Assembly (NCBI GenBank): GCA_009602725.1
Contig: WELB01000017.1
Span: 38,703 to 97,003, forward strand
Length of the DNA stretch: 58,301 nucleotides
Source: Spirogloea muscicola
Lineage: Eukaryota
Reading direction: 5' to 3'
Under the pieces are notes generated by a model, which had not been told where the DNA came from, ran no database searches, and saw only the letters and a list, made by a program, of their open reading frames with translations. Shown here one piece after another: positions 10,148 through 21,990 of this stretch. Within the stretch, counting starts at the first letter, position 1, and every line of letters begins with the position of its first letter. A program made the translations under genes and the position numbers.

Positions 10148-13100
10148 AGCGCCAAGGACGAGTGCATGGAGCTCCGCGGCGAGGCGGCGGAGCTGCACGA
10201 GTACTCTGCCAGCAAGTTCGGCCGCCTGGCGCTCTTCCTCGGCGCCCTCGCCGAGAAGACCGACCGGCAGGGTGAGGCCGACCGTCCGGCCGCGGCAGCT
10301 CGATAAGCAGCCGCTCCGGTGGGAGGCCGCCGCCACAAGGGCCGCTGCGCTCAGTGTCTGCAGCCTTGGCTTGACTCGCGTGCACGCAGACCAGGTGGCG
10401 CAAGAAGTGGAGTCCCGCATCGCCCCGCTGCGGCAGGAGCGCCGGAGGCTCTTTAACGACCTGCTCGCCATAAAGGGTGAGCGACAGCTGACCGCCGCCA
10501 TGGCGGCCGTGCTGCCGCGGCTGTGGAGGATGTGCCGCTTCCTGCACCCTTATAGCTCAACTCCTCCGTCCCCCTCCCTCTTCCCTCCTCCTCTTCTCAC
10601 TCGCCTCCTCTGTCGTTGTTAATTGCTGCCTCCAATGTTCTTCCCTCCTCCCCTCTCTCTCTCTCTTCCCTCCGCCTCTTTTCCCCTCCCTCTGCTTCTC
10701 CCTCCTCTCCACGTCTACCCACTCTCGTACATCCCCTTCCCTCCCTCTTCCCTCCTCCCTCTCCTGTCCCCTCAGCACACCAGCCGGCCTGCACTTGCCT
10801 TTCGCTGTACAGGCAACCTGCGAGTGTGGGCCCGCGTGCGTCCGCAGTTCGAGCACGAGGGCCCCTCCGTTGCATCATTCCCGGACGACTACACCGTACG
10901 CATCTTGCAGCCGGCCGGCGCTGCTGCTGCTCGCAAGGACTTTGAATTCGACCGCGTGTACGGGCCGCACGTCAGCCAAGGTGGGCGTGCCTATCTGTAA
11001 AGGCAGCCTCCCTCCTCTCCTCATGTTTCTACCAATTCAGATCTACTTAAGGTCCAAGAGAGGCTGACCACTGGCGGCGCTGCTCCCTATGCGTCCGTTT
11101 ACTGACGACGACACCGCCGCGCATTGTGTTGTAGTGGAGCTGTTTGCCGACGTGCAGCCGGTGGTGCAGTCGGTGATGGACGGGTACAACGCATGCATTC
11201 TCGCTTATGGCCCAACCGGCTCCGGCAAGTCGCACACCATGGTGCGAAAGCTGCACCGCTAAGTGAAAGCACCACAATCCTTCCACATTCCTTCCTTCCT
11301 TGCCGGCCCTTACCTCCTTGTCGTTCCTAGTCATAAAGCCCTTGCAAAGCTGAGTGCTTAGCCCCTCCTAAGTTGACTATGATGCTTGACATTTAGTATA
11401 CCGGTTAGTATGCCTATTTAGTATACAAATGCATTTCTAAATAGAGGAATACTTGTGGAATATTTATGGAAGTATCATGGCCTGAGCCCTGATGCGGAAT
11501 CGCGACCTGCCTTACTTACCCGGCATTAAGGAGGTCCTGGGATTTTGTCTTATCTATATTCGGGTCCCTGCCTGGATGTGAAGTCCTTTGCAAGTGCTCC
11601 TGGTGCGGTCCGGGCTGCCCATACATTAATGTGGCAGCCCCATTGCTGGTCGGCAGGAATCATCACAACGTAGCAAAGGAACCCCTTGTGGTTGCAGCGA
11701 CAGTCTCCCCTCTCTCCGGCCCTTCTGACTGCCGGCTCTGACTTCTTGTCGGCAGGAGGGCCCGTCGCACGACCGCGGCCTCTTCTATCGGGCGTTCGAC
11801 GAGATGTTCGACCTTGCCAACACGACCGCGGGGTTGCCATCGTGCCGCTATACCTTCCAAGTCACCGCCCTTGAGATCTACAACGAGCAGGTATGCCGCT
11901 TGCGCAGGTGTACAGCTGGAGGGCGTTAAGCACCAATTCTGAGCTAATAGTTGATGGAGACCCCACTGAATTTCTCTTAAAGAGATTCTAATGAGGTTGC
12001 CCGAGATTGGCTGTGTGGCTTCTCCCGCAGGTCCGAGACCTGCTTGTGCGCCACCACCAGGACAAGGGCACGGTGCCGCGCCATGAAATCCTGCAGGCAG
12101 ATGGCAGTGTCGTCGTCCTGGGTCTGCGGCACGATGTGGTCACAACGCCTGCCGAATTTGCGCGCGTCCTGAAGGCGGCGCACCAGAATCGGGCGGCTAG
12201 CGCTGGTGCCGCTGCCGCGGCTGACCGTGCAAATCGTGCTCACTTGTAAGCCTCCTGATCCCTTTTGTGAGTAGCTCAATAATACGGTCTCAGTTGTCTC
12301 GGATTGCTTGTGTGACAGTGCATCTGGAATATTTAAAGAGTGGGATGAGCGCCACAGCTTCTGGTTGTTAGTTTCGTCAAAAGGCTCTGTGACACGTGCT
12401 TGAATAACACGTTCCCACGGTGTGCAGCATCGTGACAATTGAGGTGACGTGCGAGGATGGTGGCGCGCACGTCGAGGCCGTCCGCAGCAAGCTGGTGCTG
12501 GTGGACCTTGCGGGCAGCGAGCGGCTGCCAAAGTCGCTGACGTCCGGCGACCGCCTCACCGAGTCGCTCCACCTCAACAAGGCATTCTCAGCGTGAGCAC
12601 CGCACGCCGTCTATTCTATTTTTGCAGTCTAAGATGACTTGCAGGTGTTCGCTTTGTCGATTGCCTGTGAAGCTCTTCATGAAATTCTATCACGTCATTC
12701 TCTCAACTGCAAAGGAGAGGCCTAAAGCAGCTTGACGGAAGTGCATAGGGAGGTTATCTGCGGATAAATTGACAAACATTCTAAAGCTGAGAGCCCTAGA
12801 TCTCCCTCAGTGATTCATGACACTGTTCGATAGCCTTGACTGCAAACAGTAGCCTGCATTTGTTCTGCCACGTGTTGATCAAGAATGACAAGCTGCACAA
12901 ATTGTTGTTACAAGGCCTGCCAATGGCTGGGCACCTGAGCAAGCTTGCCACACTGGCCTGCTGCAGAGTGTGTCAAGTCGTCAGTGTAAATCCATGTCAG
13001 TTTCTTGTCAGAGTCACAGGCATGACAGTCTCGCTGGACTGACAGAAGCTAGAAGGTGTGAGAGACTTTGCTGCGCAGGCTGGGGGACGTGCTGTTGGCT

Positions 13101-16100
13101 GTGGCGGCGAAGAAGAGCCACGTGCCGCACCGCAACTCCAAGCTCACGCATCTCCTCTCCGATTGCATAGGTGGGCACCACCCTGCGCGCCTTTGTAGAC
13201 AGCTCCTATTTCCAAGCTGCTAGCTCCTCACACCGCCAGCTTCCTCCAAAGACCAGCATACTTTGGTGGAGTGACATTGTGGTGCTATAAGCCAAGCTTG
13301 AAGTCATCCTATAGCAAGCTTTGACATATGGTATACTGTCTGAGCGTGCGACTGCTCAACACAGGCGGGGATGCAAAGACGCTGCTGGTTGTGACGTGCA
13401 GCCCGACTGTCACTGACACTGCCGAGAGCATTGCTTCACTCGGGTTTGCCACACGAAGCCGCAATGCAGAGATTAGCCTCGGCTCTAAGGACACGGTTAA
13501 GAAGTGGCGCGATGCGGTAGGTCTGCAGAAGGCAGGCCCGTACCTTAGCAGGAAGAAATACTATCACGGGTCTTAGAACACACCTGGCAATGGCAAGGCG
13601 GAGCTGCTTAAGAAGAGCAAGTCCTGCAACATTGACTTACAATCTGTGAACGTGGCAGCACCTGTTCTTTAAGCCAATTAGTAGTGTAAACAATTGGATA
13701 CAGTCATGCTTGATTTGCTCAGTAGGCGTGCATGCTGCACGGATAATCTGGAATATGTTGTTGATTGCAGGCAAGCGAGGCTCGCCGAGACCTTTTTGAG
13801 AAAGACAAGGAGCTGAGTGAGCTGCAGCAGGAGTTGCTGCGTCACAAGGAGGCGGCCAAGGACCTGGATGCCCAAGCGCTTGTGCTTTTCAGCGAACTGC
13901 AGAAAGCATGGGCGTTCTCCTTGGAGCTCAAGGCAGAGGCTGACAGGCATCAGGCTCGAGCTACAAGTCTTAAGGTGAGAGGGCATCATGCCCAGCATGA
14001 AGCAGGCTGTTGTTCTTGGGAGCTTGTCAGCATGAGCTGTGGTCACAGCAAGGGTCATTACTGGAGCTTGCTTTCAGCACCTAGCTTCCTTCCTGTCAGG
14101 ACGCTTATCATACACTCTAAGTCCCTCTTGTTGTCCCGCTACCTTTACATGTCACAAGATTTCATTCTCCTATATGGCTTGCTACATAATGTAAGGGGCT
14201 ATTGCTATTGGGTGCTGCACGGTGAAAATGGCAAGGGATTGTAACTTAAGGAGGACGCAAGCAGATGAAGCAAGGGCTTTGAAACATGCCAGTGTTTTTG
14301 TGGCTGCAGGCTGAGCTGGCAGCTGCGTCAGAGAAGGCCCGGAGAGCAGAGGAGGGCCACGCAGCGGCCTTGCTCCTGCTGCGGTCGCAGCTGGAGGAGG
14401 AGCACCGCGCCAAGATGGTGGAGTATGTGATGGAGACGGAGGCTGCTGGGGCGACTATGGCCAGCAATGAGGTGCTCATGAAGTCATCTTTGACACTCAT
14501 CACCTGCCTCTTATCCAATCAATGCTATGTACTCGATGCTATGTGCTGGCTAGTAAGCATGGGAATGTTTGTGACAGGCATGCCACAGCTTCTTATGTCG
14601 AAGTCGACCGACAGCCTTAGTTGGTCATTATGGTGATACTCTCACCTTTCCAGGCTCAAGGCCAGATGTACGTTGCCTCTGGTTTGTGATTTTGACAATA
14701 GCTTATTGCTGCTCAGGTTCGTGTGCAGCACCTGGAGCGCCAGCTCGCGGAGGCACTCGCAGCTGCCAGTACGACTGCTGCTCGTCCTCCGTCACAGGAC
14801 GCCCGGGCAGACATTGATGCGAACCAAGCGGCATCTGCAGAGGAAGTGGGCAAGCTCCGTGTCACAATTTCTCACCTGGAGGAGGAGCTGGCCAAACGGG
14901 ACGAGCTCATTGAGGTAAGCGATGCCGAGGGTTTGAGGAGATGGATTTTAGGGATCAGCTAGGCATCTTGAGAAGCGCTTTGCTTGAATGGCACATGGTT
15001 GTCAACTCCTTCTTGCACGGACAAAGCATGCAAGTGCCACAGGCCACCTGTTTGATGAGAATGCCAGATCCAGGATCTTGTTGAATATAGTAGCCATTGC
15101 ATCTAATGGCTTCGACTGATGGAGTGCATGATGGCCGCTTGCAGCGCCTGAATGAGGAGAATGAGAGGCTAGTAGCACGACCAGCAATACCTGCCCAAGC
15201 GCAAGAAGCTGATGCGCTTATTCAGAGCTCGGCAGAAGCAAGGCCACAAGACGCGAGAAGCGACCAGCCTGCAATGGCTGCAGCTTCCACTGAGCTGCTT
15301 GACAAAGTTGGGCAGCAATATCCAAAAGACGAATCTAAGAGCGCTTCAAGCCAGGCAGCAGAGCCGGTATCAAGTACAGTCGGTGAGACACCATCGGTGG
15401 TACCAGTGACCAATAGAGAGCCACCTGCGATGCTGGAGACAGCGCAAGGTCGTGCAGGAGCGCAGGCCAATGGCGAAGCAACTGACCAGCCCAGTACGAG
15501 CGCGCCTTCCACGCCGCGCCTGCTGAGGTCCACAGCGGCTGGGGAGTACCTCACTTGGGCTCTGAGTGCATTCAGTCCAGACCAGTATGGAAGCGTGGCT
15601 GCTGCTGCTGACCAAGCTAACAAGATGCTTATGCTGGTGAGCATCTGAACAAAAGCACAGATTTGTCATGATCTGAACAGCTACTTCTAAGCGTATTTAT
15701 TGCTCAGTCGAATAATGTCAGCGTGTCATGATGTGTGCGTTTTACATTATGTGTCCCCTTGTCCCTTGGCATGCCACAGATTTGACTGATCTGCTGCAGC
15801 AGAGCAGATTGTTGCACTGCTATATATTGCTGCGGAGCAGCATCATGGAGATGCTGTGGCCAACTAGCCGTCTTGCTCATTCTTGTTCCTTGTGGCAGGT
15901 GCTGGCAGCAGTTGTCAAGGCGGAGCGTGCCATGCGAGAGAGCGAGATGCTCGCAGAGCTCCGCGATGCAGTTTTCTCCTTTCTGGGGAGGATGGAGCCC
16001 AGGCGTCTGCTGGACACGATGCTCGTGGCGCGCATCCGCATTCTCTACCTGAAAGCCCTCCTCGCCAAGTCACCAGAACTGTCCTCTACCAGGGTCAATT

Positions 16101-19100
16101 ACTGCGCCCCCTTAATTTATCAAGCTGATTGCTTCTAAAATTCCCTTCATAGGCTTCTATCATCGTCACACTTTCATCTGTCGCTCAGTTTCATTTCCGA
16201 TGTTGCACTGCTTCTCCTAGTTGTCTTGAAAATTGATTAGGCAGCAGAAGTGGGCAATGCAAACCCACACCACACATTATTGCACCCAGCATTGTTAGGC
16301 ACCAGAAGTGTGCGATGCAAACCCAGGCCATGCATTATTGCACCCAGAAGGAGGAGGCCGCCTGTTTGGAGGACTCCTGTTCATGTGCTGCTTGAGCCTC
16401 TGAAAGGCTACCTTGCAGTCTCAGCTGGCATTGATGTACACGCCTCAACTCAAACCCAAGTGCTGGCGCCTCTCTGCAGGTTCACTCCATTGAGCACTTC
16501 CTTGAAAATGGCTACGTCGCACCAGTGTGGAGCAGGCCAAGCAGCCGGTGGGGTAGTCGCTCCAACAGTCGCTCCAACAGTCGCTCCAACAGTCGATCCA
16601 CAACACCAAGCGAGTCGCCAAGGCATTCACCAAAGCACCCGCTGTCTGAAGGCCTGCGGCCAGTCGTGCCCTTCCGCGTGAACCTTTCTGGTACTGGCCA
16701 CAAGGCTTTTGCAAAACTGTCATCCTTCTCTTGGAAGGCTGTGGCTGGAGCGGCGGTCTCGGCCAATGGTATAGAGGCCCGCAGTGGGGCCGAAACGCCC
16801 AAGGTACCACTTGCCCACTGTTGCCAGCTACTTTACCAGCACTCTCTCCTCTTCTTGGACTTATAAGGTGAATACTGAGTTGCCAAACATTGTCAGAGTT
16901 GGTATGGTGAGTAGTAGGTACTCTTCTAAATTGCTACTCTAATATGTCTATTATGACATTACACACAGTTATGTTGTTGCTTTGTGTTCTGCTGGCTTTC
17001 CACAATCAGGGCACAGAGCAAGGGGGGCGGCAGGTGGCAACCGAGAGGCTCAAGGAGATCAGCCAGGAGTCGCGCACCTTTGCAATTGATAACCGGGAGC
17101 TGGCGGCGGTGTTCGCGCACGGCGAGCAGGAAGAGTTGCGGCGGCGCATCCGCAAGTGGCTTGCGGAGACGTTCCACTTCCTCTCCCTCAACCACACTGC
17201 GGTTAGTGTAACATTGTCCTACCCAGGTCCTACATTAATTCCTGCTGCTAAGCTCGCAGCTGTTTACATCCACTTTAGTTATGTTCTGCTACACTAGCCC
17301 CTCAGAAGCAAACCACTGAGATCTGGCTTCTTTGTCGTGCATATTATGTTAGTGTACAGTGAAGCATGCTCGTCTGGACTGCCATGCCATATTCATTATA
17401 GACATAAGAGGGACGGACTTTGCACCAAGCGAGCATTGCCATTGGCATGCGTGGCAGGAGGAAGTTCCCGGCGACCTGGAGTTGCTGACGACGTCCATCC
17501 TGCACGGATGGCTGGCAGGGCTGGGCGCCGCACCCCCGGTTGCCACGGCCACCGACGTCCTAGGCCAACTCCTATCTGACTACACCAAGCAGTCGTACAT
17601 GCAGCACATCCAGCACCTCAAGGTCAGCATTGCAGCTGCTCTATGATGCAATGCATCGTCCATGACGTTCATGCAAGCGGATATAGTGAGGCAGCATCAT
17701 ACTGTATTATACTGCAAGCATGTGACCTCTTCTGTCCTGCCAAGACTGCAATAGCAGTTGTGCCAGTCAGCTTCAGGAAGTAGGGGTCGTCCAAGGTTGC
17801 CCAACGCGAATATTCCATGTTTGGTGTTTCATTTGTTACTGCAGGATGTGGCCAGCACACTTGCGACTGAGGATGCGGAGGACATGGCGGCAGCGCAGCG
17901 TGTACGCACAGCCTTGGAGTCAGTGGAGCACAAGAAGCGCAAGGTGTGCTTAGTGGCCCCGACCTGCAGAGAGCATTTGCTATCCACAATTGCACTAACA
18001 CTTGCTGTATGGCTATCCTTGGTTTGATAGCCAGATGACTTCAACTCTTATTCAAGTCCTGCTAAAGTAAAAATTTGGTCCTTCTTAAGAGCTACCTCCA
18101 TCCCTGTAAGTTGCAACCAATGGAATCCGTCGCCAGTCAAGATTTGACACCTTATCTTGGACGGGTAGCTGGCATAGATTGCAGTGATCAAGCACTGGTG
18201 TGGTTGTCTTGCCAGGTCTTGCAGCTCATGAAGCAAGACGTGACGATCTTGGCCAAGGATCAGACTGCATTGCCGCTGAAGAGCCTGCCCACAGCTGCAG
18301 AGGACGCGCGAGTGGCCTCTCTGCTCAAGCTTGAGGAGATCTTCCGCAAGGTTGAGGTGCGGACCGACAACAGCAGCTGCCACGTGCTCACGCTTTTGAT
18401 GCCAAGCCAAGTCCACTGCCAACGGAGCTCCTGGGTCGAGCTGTAGAGCTCTAAGATCTTCCTAGAAGGGTTAATGGACAATAATTATGGAACTGAAAGA
18501 GGATTCTACCAGGAGCTAAAACATGTGCCACTGTCGCATTTCATGCGGGTGCAGACAATGAAGCGGGAGGCAGCAGAGCGGCCGGGCCTGCAAGACAGCC
18601 ACCGTGCACAGCTGCTGGCGCTGCTGAGTGAGGTCATCCCATCGCTGCTCCCGCTGGACCGACCAACCGGCGAGCAGTGCATTCTTGAGACACAGCACGT
18701 CATTGATGTGAGACCCCATTTCGAGGTCCTTCTGTGTCTGCCACCTTTATCACCCTGCCGACTTGATCCAGGTTGCTTGGCAACAGAACAAGCTTGCGAG
18801 CTGCTGCCGCTCGTCTGCACTGAGAAAGTTTGGCCTGCAAGCTGATGCATGGGGGAAGGAATGTGGGTAGAAGTACTGTCTCTAGGCATATATGCAGCGA
18901 TCGAGGTAATCTTACGATTTCTCGGCTGGACGTTGGACAGTGTAGCGCCAGTGATCCCTTGACTTCAAGACCCCCAAAAGTCAAGAAGTCAGTCCTTCAA
19001 GAGTCAACGAAAGGCTATGCATGTGCAGGGCTCCTTTGACCAGCAATAGTCCTTATTGGTGCAGTCGACACCGTCCAAGGTTAGAAGCATGGCTTCTGGT

Positions 19101-20046
19101 GGTGGCGCCTCCGACGACAGTAGTGGCGCTGGCATCGGCGTGGGCAGGGCTGCTGAAGGCGATGTGGGTGTGAGCAACGGCGACGGTGGTGCCGCACTGC
19201 CGTCAGCCAAGGACCAGCAGCCGCTGCTTTACGCATCCAAGTGGACGTCGACCGGCGCCAGCCCCGCGGCCCCTAACGAGGGCGATGGCGTGTCGCGGGA
19301 ACTCTTTCCCGTTGGCGGCCGGCAAGGTGTCGCGGGCTTCCCGGCGGTGCTGCAGGGCGAGAAGATTGCGTGGACGGTCATCACGCTGACCACCAAGGGC
19401 GCTGCCCGGCCGCAGGGCCAGGTGAAGGCCGGCGCGACGTCCCGGCTCGACTTGGTCATCAAGGCGCGCGTGGAGCGCCGCAGCTCCTTGGGCAGCACGG
19501 AGCAGGTCTTGGTGGCTGTGCTGCCCCCGCCAGCTGAGCTGGAAGGCTTGCCACGCGAGGAGCTGCGGCGCCGGCTCGTTGTCGTGCCGGAGATGCTGCG
19601 CCGGCTCGCCATCGCCCCTCAGCGCGACGGGACGCTTGACCCCACCAAGACAGTCAAGAAGTAAGCATAAATTGCCGGATACCATTTGCCTGTCCCACTT
19701 CTGACTATGACTCGCTGATGTGGGCGCGCACTGAAAGTGCTTGATTGCTCAGATGGTCAGTCATGCTTAGCCCTTGCCATGATGAAACCATTATATTCTC
19801 ACTTATGGGACGAGAACCTTGACGCTGTTGCTGCCACTTGGTTCTCACAGATACCTGCGGTTGTACAACACGATTGCTGCACGCGTGCCGGTCCTGCGGG
19901 ATGCACGGTGGGCGGAACTAGAGGACTACGCGCCGGGCCGGTCGTCCACGTGGTCCAACCAGAGCTCTGTGCAGAGCACGCCGGGGTGGTCGAACCAGAG
20001 CTCCGTCTCAGCGACGCCCCGGCGAACTAGTCCGCCACGCATGTGA
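10148..20046 (+). CDS. KAC: Kinesin-14 of the KAC/KCA family (actin-based chloroplast movement), multi-exon, 5' end missing
   Basis: [51 protein letters not shown]-loop [31 protein letters not shown]. The C-terminal KCA-type blocks include [40 protein letters not shown] and [13 protein letters not shown]. Confidence 0.92.
16555..16596 (+). repeat. 12-bp coding tandem repeat (SRSN)x3 within KAC
   Basis: agtcgctccaac x3 plus a partial copy. Confidence 0.85.
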
Positions 20047-20409
20047 CAGGGGTCTCAATAGGACTCAGTCTAGGTGACGGCATACATAAGTTAGGATGTT
20101 AAGCTAGGACATTTGCAGACAAATTTTGAATTCATTGACCCCAAGCTCTTACATCCTTGATGATCTCGACTTTCAACTCGATGCTGTGTGGAGGCGACAT
20201 TTGTCATGCTGCTGCTTTTACAACTCAGACTGTGCTATGGGGAGTCGGCAACAAGCTTCTTTGCAAAAATTCAACTCAATGCAGCAACAGAGCACCAGAG
20301 CATGTGATCGTGGTGAGTGGTACATTAGAAGGCTCTGCTAATACGTTCAACGAAGTCCAACGTGACTACTAAAAAGACCCCTGCAGCAGCTGCCAGCCAT
20401 GGACACCCT

Positions 20410-20993
20410 CTACTTGCTCTTGAGATGCTCCTGAAGCACGTTCAGCGCCTCCGTCTCCTCGCCGTAGTCCCGCACAACGACACATGAGCAGCCGACGACC
20501 TTGCGCGCCTTGCCCTCTGAGTCGATCTTGCAGAGCTGCCGCCACCCCAACACACCAGCTTTTGTCAGCAGGCACTCAGGCTGCAGTGTGCTGGCCAGGA
20601 TGGGCGCCACTGCTGCTACGAGAGGGCGGGAGGAGGGAGCGCGCAGGAAGGGGAACTCACGCCAGCCCATTCGCCGAGCTTCTTGGCGGAGGGGACCTGG
20701 ATGAGGTTGACGTTGTGCTCGTTGCACAGCGCCTCGACGAGCTTCGTGTAGTCTGCCTGGTCGCAATCCTGCGCGAGCACGCAGAGCTGCGCGGTGTGCT
20801 TCTCCACCGCCTTGGCGGCCTCGTGGAGGCCCCGCGCGAGGCCGTCGTGTGCCAGCGCCTTCTTCAGGACCTGCTGCAGCGCCGTCATCGTGTCCATGCG
20901 CTCGCCCGCCGCCATGACGGCGGCGGCGCCGCCGCCGCCGCCATTGGCGGCGCCGCCGTCGGCCGTCGGCTCGCCGTCGTTGTCGGCGGCCAT
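20410..20993 (-). CDS. RPS12: 40S ribosomal protein S12 (eS12), 2 coding exons
   Basis: Exon 20993-20661 encodes [25 protein letters not shown]...KKLGEWAG. Exon 20535-20410 encodes [27 protein letters not shown]. Confidence 0.97.
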
Positions 20994-21849
20994 GACCTCA
21001 TCAGCGACAGGCTCATCTCTGCGGACGAGGGAGGTGGGCCCAGGTTGAGACTGGAGAGCAGCGCGGTCCAGCGGTGGTGCCTGGCAGCCGCGCCGGCGCA
21101 GAGGGGGCGATGGCGCTAAGAGCTCACCCGTCCGACATGGTCCTCAGCGGTCACGCGTGACCGCCTCGCACGTCGGAACGTCCTCGAGTCCTCACCTGCC
21201 GCGACATCAGCGCCGTGCCTGGTCAGCACTGACAACCGAGCATCCGGAGCCCCATGAAGCTGGGAGGAGGGTGGAGTGGGCAACGGGAGAGCTCGTGGGG
21301 GACGACAGAGAAAGCCCGCTGACAAACGGGGGTAAAGGGGCCTCCGACGCCGCAGCGCCCAGCAGGCAGTGACTGAGAGCACTGCGCCAAGACCACAGCC
21401 TCCGCCGCTGCCGCCGCCGCCGCGCAGAAGAAGGCAGGCGAGGAGAAGGCGCAGGAGACAGAGGAGGAATGGTTGAGTGGCGGCGAGCTTCCGCACCTAC
21501 GCTGGCGGGCTGGGCGCTCGCGCGGCGGCGCCTGCTCCGCAACGGACAGAGGTGGCGGCTGGCAGAGCTCGTGAAGGTGGTTATGGAGGGGGGGGGGGGT
21601 TTTAGGAGGCTGTGGCTGAGGGCGCTTTGTTGTGGGCGCCCCACTACCTGGCGGCGCGGCCCTCGCGAGCCGCACGATCTGGGTTTAAGGGCCAGATCGG
21701 AGGCGCGCAGATCGCGCCCCGCCCTGGCTGTGTGGGGGAGGGAGTCCTTAAACCCTGGCTCCCCCCTATGGACTAAAACCCCGGCCTCCCACTCAGCCCT
21801 CTTTAGGGTTCCTACACCCTAGGACCGCCGAGGCCCGCCTCCGGCGCCC
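20994..21849. promoter_or_regulatory. Probable shared divergent promoter region of RPS12 and SAS10, with telo-box-like motifs
   Basis: The start codons are head-to-head, ~860 bp apart. AAACCCTG (21750) and TAGGGTTC (21804) are each 7/8 matches to the telo-box. Confidence 0.45.
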
Positions 21850-21956
21850 ATGGCCCGCGCCGCGGCGTCGCGCCGCGAGCGCGGCCGCNAGACATCCGGC
21901 GCGAGGACTTCGTGGACGAGGTCGACGAGTGTGAGCGCAGACCCCCCGATTTTGCC

Positions 21957-21990
<34 letters not shown>

